Source: Camelus ferus
Taxonomy: Eukaryota
Assembly (NCBI RefSeq): GCF_009834535.1
Contig: NC_045698.1
Span: 1,304,001 to 1,368,000, forward strand
Length of the DNA: 64,000 nucleotides
Direction: 5' to 3'
Shown: piece after piece, positions 22,501 through 33,532 of the stretch
Layout of the letters: the number at the start of each line of letters is the position of its first letter
Numbering within the stretch: the first letter of the stretch is position 1
Notes under the pieces: model-generated
Told to the model about the DNA's origin: nothing
Databases searched by the model: none
Seen by the model: the letters and a program-made list of their open reading frames with translations, nothing else
Program-made: the position numbers and the translations under genes

Positions 22501-25500
22501 TGGTCTGACGGTTTGAAGGGCCCTGTGACAGTGGACACTGATTCCTTCCTATTTAGAGTCTAAACTCAGGCCACACAAGTGTCCGATGAGCCTTTGACCC
22601 TGAGCGGCGCCTGATCTGGCCACTTGTAGACAGACCTAGCCGTCAACAAACGTGCACATTTCAAGATACGTGGTCCTGAAAAGAAGAAGTTAGTCATTCC
22701 AGGGTGAGACAGCTCACCTGCGCCTGGAGCCTCTGGATCACCTGGTGATGCCACAGACACCTGCTCCCTACTCGCACAGTAACATTTTAGGACGTGTGGT
22801 GCGCGGACCACATTTAAGAAATTAACCACCACGGCGTCATAGGTTCGTGGTTAGAGTTTAGCAGGCATCCCGGGTCCTGATCTTGGGTGGGCACGCCGGG
22901 CGTGTTCCAGCCTCCCCATTCCTAAGTGACCGTGTGGCTAAGATGTGTCTTTCCCTTCAGTGCTTGAAACGCCATCGGACACCCCAGGAGCTGTGACACC
23001 CCAGCCAGCGTGAAGCTGCGGGTGGCAGAGGAGAGCATTTCAGGGTGGAGCCCGCTTCCTTACCTTCTGTGCTTCCTCTTTGCTCCGGTGCCCCGGGAGT
23101 GACACATGCCTTGTAGCTTTCTTCGGCTCCCTCCTCGAGGCCGGGGATGGACAGTGTCCCACGGTCACACACGGGTCCTGTCTGTTAGGAACCGCTTCCA
23201 GCTTCCCGCTCGTGACCCTGTGGCCACTGCAGCTCGTCGTTCCTGCCCTCGCTCCGTGTCCCCAGAAGGCGGAGGTGCTTCACTCACACGAAGACATTTA
23301 AATAAAAGTCACACTTCTGTCTGCGACTCATTTTTCCACTGCGCGGGGGAGGCAACCCTATTAAATCAAATTAGATGTGACTTTAAAACTTCCCTTTACA
23401 GCAGTCAATTGAAAAATCTCAATCCTATCATAACACACTGCCGCTTTATGAGTAAATTGACTTTACTTAGTTCCTTGGGGGCTTCCAGCCTCCTCTCCGT
23501 GTTGGGGAGAGACAGGTCCTCGCCAGGGCAGACGCAGAGCCTGGCCCCGCCCCCTGCACCTGAGGACCCGCTTCTGGTCCAAGCTTGCCTGTGACCTGCG
23601 CACCTGTCAGATGCAGTCAGGGGGTCTCAGGAGCCAGCAGCTCCAGGGAGCCAGGAGGTGGCTGGTCCCACAGGAACCTCTCATCACACGAGGCCCTGTG
23701 GCTGTGGGCGAGGGCTGGAGGGCAGCTCAGGGGGTGTGCCAGGGCTAGGCGAGGCTCTCCTCCACCCACCAGGGGTGTGGAATGCCCCCACACTGTGGAG
23801 ACTGAGGAAGGTGTCCTCAGTGACTGTGTTTGTGACTTCAGGTCCAGAGGCACCGAATCCGGGACTCGGGGTGGCTCCAGGGCACTTGCTGTCGTCTGGA
23901 GGAAGGTCGTGGGTGTCATCACCTTCTCCGGGGCCAGCTGCAGCCTGTGCCCTTTACTGTTTTGTTCATCGAAGCCACGCAGGAGGCAGAGCAGAGATCC
24001 CGCCTGACAGACGAGGAGTCAGGAGGTCCGGGCGTCCAGGTAAAGAGTGCCCAGGATTGTCTGAGCCACGAGGAGCCACGCCCCACCCCAGCGCTGGCCT
24101 GGTCCTAGCAGCCACGAGGGCTGGGTCCACGCATGGCTGAGCTGGTGGAGGCACAGGCAGACAGCCACCCTGCCTATCTGTCTGTCCATCTGTGCTTTTA
24201 TGGATTCTAATAATGATTCCAGAGAGATTTTGTCCCAGCGCACCACATTCTTTGTTGACTAGAAACGTCAAGTCTCTTAAGAAATCTGGGGAAAGCACAT
24301 GGGTGTCTGCGAGCTGTAGACGTGGCCGTGGATAAGGGTGGGACACGGGCAGAGATGACGCAGACTCGCACCGGGGAGGTGCCTACACACGAGAGCAGGT
24401 GCAGACCACGCTGCTGCCAACAGGGATGACTCAGGTGCGCCTGTGGACACGGGTGCAGGCGCCGCGGCTACAGACGCAGACAGATGCCGTGGGATGTGGG
24501 CTCGCAGGCTGCCAGCGGATTGGACGCGCACGGAGGCAGCCGCTGCTTCTCGTCGTGCGTCAGCCTCGTTAGCGCTGCTTGAACTTGGAGCCTAAAGAAG
24601 CACGGAAGCTTAGCACCCGAGCAGACCCCCTGAAGAACGGCGAGACCTAACCCCAACGTTGCAGGTCACTTCTGGTAAATCTTAGCAGGGAAATGAAGAC
24701 ACAGCGCCCGGAAACCACCCCATCCCGGCCAGTGACGCACCGATGCGCCAACGCGGGCAACAGCACAGTGGATGGGAGCCGGGTCGCCTGGGGGCTGGCC
24801 CTGCCCGCCATCTCCTGAGACCCTCCCGAGAGCGGCTCCCAGGGCCCAGAGGGGCTGGACGGCGGCCCAGGCCACAGGGTGGACGGGCGGCAGAGGTGGC
24901 CCTGGCCCCACCCCCCGCCGGCCCCACGGAGCCGGTCCTGCCGGTCTCAGGGTGCGGCCGGCCTGCCGGTGACGCGGGGCCCTGGCGAGACCAGATCACC
25001 CCCTCGGAGGACGGAGAAGCTGAGCAAACTCAGACACCCCAGCGGGACTGAACAAGCGTTAGGAGCCCGCGAACAGCATTCAGGACGGTCACAAGGATGG
25101 CCAAGGCCAGAGGCTCCGACCGGGCCGACTGGGTCGGAGAAAACCTCACGTGTAACACATACCGAGACTACAAGCTGTCTTTTTTAAGGAGAACAAGGCA
25201 AAAGAAAAGACTGTTTCTATTAACGAAGCTCGATTTCATCCCAAAAGAAGGTTTTTAAAACGGATGTGCACCATCGAAGCCTCCTGAACTGCTGGAAAGA
25301 CCTCTCAGTGCGGAGCAACACGGACGGTGCCGGCGGGAGGGGCTGCGGTGACCGCACTGCTCAGCCCGCCGTGCCACCGTGCGGGTGCGCTCCGGAGCGG
25401 CACCAGGCTGTTCTGGGCTCGAGGAAGCTGCGGTGAGCGGTTCCGAGAAGGTTCTGTCCCCACCTGGGTTTATTGCAGTGGGATGGGCCAGCAGAAAGCA

Positions 25501-25507
25501 GTGTGCC

Positions 25508-25563
25508 GACACACACAGGCACGCACACACACGCACACTTAGCACCCGCACACACACGCACAC
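25508..25563. repeat. Imperfect (CA)n/(CACG)n microsatellite
   Basis: ACACACACAGGCACGCACACACACGCACACTTAGCACCCGCACACACACGCACAC. Confidence 0.85.
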
Positions 25564-26809
25564 TGATGGGGCTAATGGCACCATTAAAGCCCAAAAGGCC
25601 TGGTGGGAGGGAAGGAGGGAGGGGAGGCTCCGAGCGTGGCTGTAGGGAGCTGGTCCCTGCCAGTGCGCTGGAGGGGAGCGGGGCGGGGACACCCCAGGGG
25701 CAGTTTACGAGGCTCACAGGCCAGTCTCGCTCCATGTTCCAGAAACAGCAGGTGGTGATGTGGGTGCAGTCAGTATGTCTGTCTGTCTGTCTGAGGAGCA
25801 GGGTGGAGAGAGGAGGGGCAGTGGGGGGGAGTGGGACACGGTAGCCGGTGAAGAAGTGGTTGTGCCCCAAGGTCAGGGGTGAGCTGGGCCAGCCGGTGCT
25901 GCGGGATCCCGGGGAGATGCTGGTGGCGTGGACCAGGGTGGCCCTGAGGACGAGGAGGAGGCCCCCTGGAGTCCAGACACTTTCTGAGGCCAAGCTGGCA
26001 GGGCTGCTGCTGGATGGGTGTGGCCGAGTGAGAGAACGGAGGAGGGTTCTGGGAGCTTCTGGTCCCCAACAGCCAGCATTCATGCTTCCATATTTACCGA
26101 GATGTGGGGAAACTGCCCTTCTGACCTGGGCCTCCTAGCAGAGCTCCAGGGGGAGGCAGGGCTAAGACATGGTGCGGGCATCGCCCCGGAGACCAGCTGC
26201 CCAGGCGTGGGCGCAGGCACAGACAGTCACGGAGGAGACGTGCACGAGGCTGGGAAAGGCCTGTCAAGCGCTCCCTTTCGTTAGAGAACAGAGCTAAGTA
26301 ACTAAACAAAAGGAAAGAGGCTTACGGTTTTTCTACTAAATGACCTGAGACAAAAACAACACGGACTTTGGAAGGAACGCCCCCGACCTTGCAGGCAGGA
26401 GGGCCCTTGAGCCGCTCACGGGAAGAAGCGTGTTGGCGGTGAAGGGCGTTCTCAGTCCAGCTTCTCCCCGGTCATTTCCCTTCTCATCGCTAAGCTAGAG
26501 GGGAGGCGGAGACGCTCAGACACAATAGTGACAAAACTGGGCATAAAGTGTCTACTGAGCTGATATGAGGATATTGAAAACCTGAAATAACCTATATGTT
26601 TACCAGTGAAAGATTATTTTCAAAAAGTTCTCTCCATAAGATGAGCTATTTTAAGACCAAGAGATATTATGGAGGAGTGTTTCATATCAGGAAGAACTCT
26701 TCACAGAGTTTTAGTTGAAACAATGTACATTTAAAAAATTAAGTACACATATTCTATAGGCAGAGGGAAAAACTGGAAGGAAATACATCACCATGTGAAG
26801 AGCAGTTGT

Positions 26810-27655
26810 TCCTGAACCTGATTAAGGAATGTGCAGAAAGACTGAACAGAGCTTTTCCAGAAAGGAAAAGCAGATGGCCACAGGCACGTGAAGAGATGCT
26901 GAACATCCCTAATTGTCAGGGAAATGCAAGTCAAAACCACAATGAAATATGGCTTCACACCTGTCCAGATGGCCACCATCAAAAAGCCTGCAAATAACAA
27001 ATGCTGGAGAGGCTGCGGAGGAAAGGGAGCCTCCTGCACTGCTGGTGGGAATGCAGGCTGGTGCAGCCACTGTGGAGAACAGTCTGGAGGTTTCTCAGAA
27101 AACTAAAAATAGACATATGACCCAGCAACTCCACTCCTGGGTCCAAAAGAAACAAAAACACTAATTCAGAAAGATACATGCACCCCAATGTTCATAGCAG
27201 CACTATTTACGATCTCCAAGATATGGAAGCAGCCTAAGTGCCCGTCAACATGCAAATAAAGAAGGTGTAGAGCATGTACACGATGGAATATTACTCAGCC
27301 ACAAAAAAGAACAAAATGTTGACATTAGCAGCAACATGGGTGGACTTGGAAGGCATTATGCTAAGTGAAATACGTCAGACAGACAAATGCGGTAGGAGAT
27401 CGCTTATATGTGGAATCTAAAAAATACAACAAACTAGTGACCACAACAAAAACGCAGCAGACTCACAGAGACAGAAGACAGGCTGGTTCTAGTGGTTACC
27501 AGTGTGTGGGGAGGGGCAAGTAGGGGTGGGCAAGGGGGGGCACAAGCTGTCGGGTGTCAGGCTGGGCTGCACAACACGGGAATGGGGCCAACAGTTTGTA
27601 ATAACTGTAAATGGAAAGTAGCCATCAAAAACTGTACACAACTTTTTTTTTTTAA
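26810..27655 (+). mobile_element. 5'-truncated LINE-1 (ORF2 C-terminus plus 3'UTR), frameshifted, cetartiodactyl type
   Basis: ORF fragment 26924-27106 gives [32 protein letters not shown] (L1 ORF2). LLHCWWEC follows out of frame, then CACCCCAATGTTCATAGCAGCACTATTTAC, GGAATATTACTCAGCC, GTGGAATCTAAAAAA and a typical 3'UTR. Confidence 0.95.
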
Positions 27656-27739
27656 AAGACAGCGTTGTGTCTGGTGGGGAATTTCAGGCGGCGACACGTT
27701 CCTCCCTTCTCCTTGCCGGGCTGTGTGTTGTGGTGTTTC

Positions 27740-28385
27740 TTCTTTGCTTTGGCTGTATTTGTTGTTCTCTTTGAGGATAATCAAATAGATATTTTTTGTT
27801 TCTTTTCATCTTTAGAAGCTTTTAGAGTTTTTCATTCATTCTTGGAAATCAGATTTTACCAGGGAGCGCCAAAGTAGGGGTCTCCTGATGGGTCCTTCAG
27901 CCTAGATACGTCTCTATTTCTTGAGTTCTGAGGAGTTTTCTGCCATCAGTTCTTCCTGGAAGCTCCCGCTGCCCCTCCTGGCTTGGTCTCGCTCACCAGT
28001 CCAAGCTCTTCAGAAGCCACCAAGCTACTTAGCTTCTCATTTTGTTACTTGTTTCTTCTTCTGTTTTTAAAATTAATTTATTTTTTGGGGGGGGAGGTAA
28101 CTTATTTCATATATTTATTTTTAGTGGGGGTGCAGGGGCTGAGCCCGGGACCTGATACACACTAAGCACACGCTCTACCACCTGAGCCGCGCCCTCCCCA
28201 CTTCTTTGTTTTTGTTTTTGGTGTTAGGGCGGGCGTTGGGGGAGAATTACCTGTGGCAGGTTTCCCATTTTACACATTTTTGGTGTGTACTTTCCTCTGA
28301 TTTCTTTGCTATTTCTATCCAGTGCTTCTTTGAATTTCATTGATGTACCAACATAGAAGTCGATGCTGCCTCCTGTCTTCCAGTT
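27740..28385 (-). mobile_element. HAL1-like or old L1 ORF1-region fossil, interrupted by a SINE
   Basis: T-rich antisense ORF1-like motifs: TTTAGAAGCTTTTAGAGTTTTTCATTCATTCTTGGAAATCAGATTTTACCAGG, GGTCCTTCAGCCTAGA, GAGTTCTGAGGAGTTTTCTGCCAT. Confidence 0.55.
28069..28200 (-). mobile_element. tRNA-derived SINE of camelid Vic-1 type
   Basis: Minus strand reads GGGGAGGGCGCGGCTCAGGTGGTAGAGCGTGTGCTTAGTGTGTATCAGGTCCCGGGCTCAGCCCCTGCACCCCCACTAAAAATAAATATATGAAATAAGTTACCTCCCCCCCC: tRNA head with A- and B-box remnants, A-rich linker and TTACCTCCCCC tail. Approximate TSD CTTCTT(C)TGTTTTT at 28055-28068 and 28201-28213. Confidence 0.85.
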
Positions 28386-28401
28386 CCGTGATGGGGTGCA
28401 C

Positions 28402-28770
28402 AAACGCGGACTGAATGCCTGCCCTCCGAGGTTCGCTGAGGCTCTAACCCCCAGTGAGACGGCGTTAGGAGGCCGGGCCTCTGGGAGGTGACGGGACTGA
28501 GATGAGACTGTGTGGGTGGCGCCCTCGTGATGGGTTGGTGTCCTTATAAGAAGAAAAGAGAATCAGATCTGCCTCTCCCGTCCTGTGAGGTCACGGCAAG
28601 AGGGTGGCCATCCACAATCCAAGACACAGGACGCAGCCAGACGCCAAGTCTGCCCCCGCCTCGCGCTTGGGCTCTCGGCCCCCGGCCTGCGGGAAGCGAG
28701 TGCTCATGGCTTAAGCGCCCCTGTCTGGGGTCTGTGGTGTTTGTTTTAGTAGCTTGAACAGACTGAGACG
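28402..28770 (+). mobile_element. MLT1A-like MaLR solo LTR
   Basis: GGACTGAATG...CTAACCCCCAGTG...TTAGGAGGCCGGGCCTCTGGGAGGTG...GCCCTCGTGATGGGTTGGTGTCCTTATAAGAAGA...GTCTGTGGTGTTTGTTTTAGTAGCTTGAACAGACTGAGAC; ~370 bp, the expected LTR length. Confidence 0.9.
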
Positions 28771-31700
28771 CACGCAAAGTGTTCCGAGGGGTCAAGGTTT
28801 TCAACAAGCACCTTTGGTCAGTGATGGAGCCTGTTCTGTGGAGCTAACAGCTCTGGGAATGGCCAGTTGGGGGCTTTTGCAGAGAAGAGAAGGGACTTGG
28901 GAACTGTGGCAACCAGCGTAATACAGATTTGCGTACAACCAGTCAGACGGTTTGGAAGAAGCTGTCGAGCAAGAAGTCGGCAGCAGCCGGACTGAGGGCT
29001 CCACAGGACGCTGCGCCCGAAGTGAATGTCCTTTCTCGGCGAGTCTACAAGGGAGCCTGGTGCCAGATGTGGCGGGTCTGCAGTTTTGAAGGTCTGGGAG
29101 AAAGCGTCTCATGGTGTTCCTGAGAGCATCACCATGAAGTGATGCCATAAAGGGTATCAGACTTAGGTGCCTGAAGACTGAACCGCTGAATTCAGGGACT
29201 ATCAGTTTAAAAAGTTTATTTTACTTTTTAAAATTCTTATTTTAATTTTTTTCCCCAGTTTGATTGAGGGGTACTTGACACGCAGTGTTATGTTACCTGA
29301 GATTTAAAGCTAGGTTTGCAGAAGTCGGGTCCAGCGAAGGCGCGGTGTCGACCACAGGTTAAGCACAAGCCAGTGTCACGATGTGGTAAAACATCTTCAG
29401 CGTCGTTGCCGTGGGGCCATGATGCTGAGATCAGAAAAGGAGAGCAAATGAATGTTCTTTGACTACTTGAAGTGAATCTGTGACTAAATAAATGCGTTCA
29501 TGCATAATTTCCTCAAAGAAAAATGAAGATGGGCATTTCTGTTTCATGGAAAGTGTTAGAAGTCATAATTTGGGGTCACAAAAATCTACTTCTTTGGCAA
29601 ATTTGTTAAAGAGACAGCGAGCTGTTTTGTTGCCTGTGTGGTGAGAACAGTGTAGTCCAAGCTTGTGTTCAGCACTGCTGACCAAGAGCCTCCTGAGGCT
29701 CCACCGGCGCCCCAGACCCTGCGGGCTGGGTCTTGGTGGAGACGTCCTTCCGACAGGGTTGGGGCTGAGATGCTTTGCCCAGACTCTGTGCACCTGCGCC
29801 GACGGCCATGGCCTTAGAAGGACCTGACCCCCTCCCTGGTTTCAGCAGGATGCATTTCCAAATGTCTTGATGAGAATGGTCTCACTGCTGTTTCTCACCT
29901 GTGCTGTGGGAACTGGAAGACGGAGCCAAGGAGCTTGGTGTCTGCGTCCCAGGTCCACCACCAACCGACCAGAGGAGCGGCTGGTGAAAATCAGAGTTCG
30001 TGCACAGCTGCCCTCACCCCAATCTTGAAATTAGGAGAATGGATCAATCGTAGGATTGAGGACCAACAGGTTGTGTTAGCTCCGTGTCTAGAACGTGGAA
30101 TTTGATTTCAAAATTGACTTCATTTCCTCATCTGCCTCATGAGGCCTGTCTTGCAGGAGCTCCTTCTGGTCGTCCTCCAGGCCGACCGCTCTGGGTTAAG
30201 TGCTCCGCTCTGTGTGGCCCCGCAGCTCTGGAAATCGCCCTCCTCCTTCTGCTGGACTATCCCCGGGGCAGCATTTTGCCCCATTTTTTTCTAGCCTTCA
30301 TTTGATCCTAAGGGATCCATTCCATATTCTGTACGTATTCAGAGCCACAAGCACCCTGCTGGGTTCTTTTTAAAAACTGCATTTGTGGTTTGGAATACTG
30401 AGCAAGGAGGTTTTGACGTCTGTAACCAGCGTGAGTTGGTTTGGTACATTTCTAAGGTGCTTCCTCCAAATCCATCTGTGGTCATCATCTGCCAGATAAT
30501 CCACCAGTAATGAGTCCACTGTCTTGGGATCAATTCTGTTGTATCGTTAGCATGATCAACATAATCACATAATGACAAGACTGATGCCAGGTAATTCTTC
30601 CTGAAGGAGTGGCTCATGGGGGAACCTGGGCGGCTGCCTGGCCATCAGGTGGCGATGAGGGTGCACACACCTTCACCAGCGGCACAGGGGGAGCTCTGTT
30701 GTCTCCTGTTAGCAGGCTTAGACTCGTGCCTTCAAAACATACCTCAGACTCTTCCCACACTTCCTACGTTTGCATTAACCGAGCACAGTTTTCCGTGGCT
30801 GTCTTGACTGGTTCAATCGGAATCTCATCTTTGGCTGTTGCTTCACCAGTGGAGGACTGAGGGTCCAGGTGTGCGGGCACCCGTACCGTGCAGTGGCCGG
30901 GTGCTGGGGGTCAGCTGCCCGCAAGTGCACCTGCAGTGCTGAGGAAAAACAAGGTCACCCAAAATCCACTCAGAAGTCAGTGCCGATTGCCAGGGTCTGC
31001 TTGCACAAACCAGGCAAGCTTCCGAGGCCAAGAACAAGCCAAGAGGACATTAAAATGCCCTCAAGCCCCCGTAAGCCGTGGGGAGTGTGTCTTCCGCTTT
31101 GATGACCAGCAGGACCGAGGTGAACGGCTGACTGCCACCTGCTCAGGCAGCCCGGGCGCGCTGTCCTGGGGTGGGACCCTCGAGCTCAGCGGGTCCCCAG
31201 GGCTCAGCGTGCGAAAGCGCCTGGCGTGTCTTCTTTGGCTAAAGGACGGAAAGGTGCTAGGTGGTGCGTGGTCAGCTTTCCCGTGGCCCTCACTGGTCCT
31301 GCGTCTTCAGGATGCGAGGGCCAGCACCTGGCGCACCAACAGAATCCACGCCAGGCGCTGTCTCAGCGTCGGCGCAGACGAGGGTGTGGGTCCGGGAAAC
31401 CCCCGAGGCGGGGCGTCACAGCACCCTGGAATTTTCTGTTGAAAAACAGATCTCTTCCCATTCGCTCACTTACACTGTTATTCTGATTAACTGTTAATTA
31501 GGATAATTGTGGGGCTAACGGGCTAGGTCTGAGTTACACGTGACAGCCCCCAGCGCATCTCTGCAGCCCCGCCCTCACTGGCTCCGCGGCTGAGAGCCGG
31601 GTCACATGCCCAGGGCTCTGCCTCCGTCCCTCCTCAGAAGCAGCCCTCTCCTCCCCGCTGTCTCTCGAGGGCAAACGTTTTAGTTCAAAGAGTGTGACTT

Positions 31701-33532
31701 CCGGCACAAAGCCATCCTGCGCATTTGGACGCAGGCCCCCTGACTCTGCTGTTTCACGGGAACCGCGTCCTTCCGCGGAGCCCCACCGGCCGCTCTTCGA
31801 CACGCTCCGCTAACCTGATAGCTCCCTATTACCGGCTGCAGTTCAGCATCTGAGCCAGGAGCGGGCCGAGACAAGGGCAGAGGAGAGGGTGAATTACACG
31901 GGGTAGCGGGGAACAAAGGGTTTCTTTCTCCCGAGTGCAGCCCTGTGCTAGGGAAGCGAGAAGACAGCGGTGTCACTAATTTAATTAAGTGTGTGAGGTT
32001 TCAGGGTCCACAAATGCCAGAAAGAAGGGGGTTACTCAAGAGCAGGTGACAAAAATGAACGGTCACACACAGTGTTCGCGTTTTCAACAATCCGACACAG
32101 TCGAGTGGAATCAAGGGCTCTTCAGACGGGGCACGGCTTTGCTTGCTAAACCCCAGCGACCCACGCCTGCCTGACAACGCGAGGCTTGCTCTCGCCGGGC
32201 AGCACTCTGCCCTCTTCTCCTGCTGTAATCAGGGCTCCCAAGTGAGAGGGTAAAGGAGCTGGCTTACCGACTGGAGGCTCTGTGTACGCCCCTTTCTCTG
32301 GGTGAGAAACAAGAGATGCTGTTGGGGAGTCTTAGAGCATCTTTGGAGAGACCCTCAGCGCTTGCTAGATATCAAATATGTCACAATCCAGACTGGCGGC
32401 TGACCGCGGGGCCCCATGGGGACACGCGGCCCGTGGCTGGCACTGTGGAGGGAGATGCGCTAACTCCGGTGGCCGGAAGGGCGGGGATGCAGACCGAGCA
32501 CCCAGACACACACGCGTGCCTGTCCGGAGGCCGCCCGAGGGCGCGCGTGGCACCTCTTAGAAAACAACACCCATTGTATAACCTGGGCAGGAAGGAGCAC
32601 GGGGATTTTCTGCTTGTGCCCGGGGGACACCCAGCCCTGTGCCGCCGCCACGTGCCGGGGGACACCCAGGGTTTAGAGGGCCTTGGGGAGGCTGGACTCC
32701 GCTTCCAAGTCAGTTTACTGAGTTGAATTTGTGTCTGGCACGCTGCTCATTCACATGTGAAGGAACTTTCGGAGCTTTTCTCAAATTCCCGAAAGTGCTT
32801 GCCAGTCATTCTACAGTCTCTGAAGAGTTTAAGCAGCGTTCAGAAAAGTCGGCTCGACCCCCTGGTTCCCTGTATCACGGACTCTGGGTGTGGTAGGAGA
32901 GCTTAGCTTGCTGTCCTCATTTTCAGGAATCCTGAATCAGAGAGATGAGGCTGGTGCAGTTCTGCTGGTCAGGCGGCCCTTAAGCTCTGCTGTGAGCTCG
33001 CGGGCAGGCATTTGGCGTCTGCACGCCTGAGTGTCAGCCGCTCAGCAGTGCAGCGGCTCCCACTGGAGAACCTGCCCTGCAGCTGAAAGACGACACAGAA
33101 CCACCAAGTTCTTTCTAAACTCCAGACGCCTGTAGCAGTCTGCAATTATTTTCCTGGGGAAGGTCTGAAGCTATTGAACATTTGTTACATGTGCTTGAGG
33201 ACGGCCTAGGGGTTTCAGCCAATGCTGCGCTGCTCCCCTCCGTGCTGCACGCATGTCCTAAGTACGAAGGACGCAGCGGTGTCCAAAGCGTTTTGGTTAC
33301 TGGCACAGTCTCACTGTTAGAGGACCTTTCAGGGCAACGGAAGAGGAAGACGTTAAGGAAGACATGCTTCTGGCAACAGCAAAGGGGTCGCATGAAACTT
33401 GTTTCAGAGCAGGTTTTTGTATCTGAACGTTCTTGGGCCCCCAGTTCCCCGGGCACGTGGGGAGCTCAGCCTCCCACACGCCGCCCCCACCGGACCCGAC
33501 TACGGACTGAGAGGTTCCGACTCTAGTTTTCT

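Noticed and set aside
28125..28200. tRNA gene (Ala-like) on the minus strand
   Set aside because: The B-box and stems are degenerate and it is followed by a SINE tail and TSD, so it is a SINE head.
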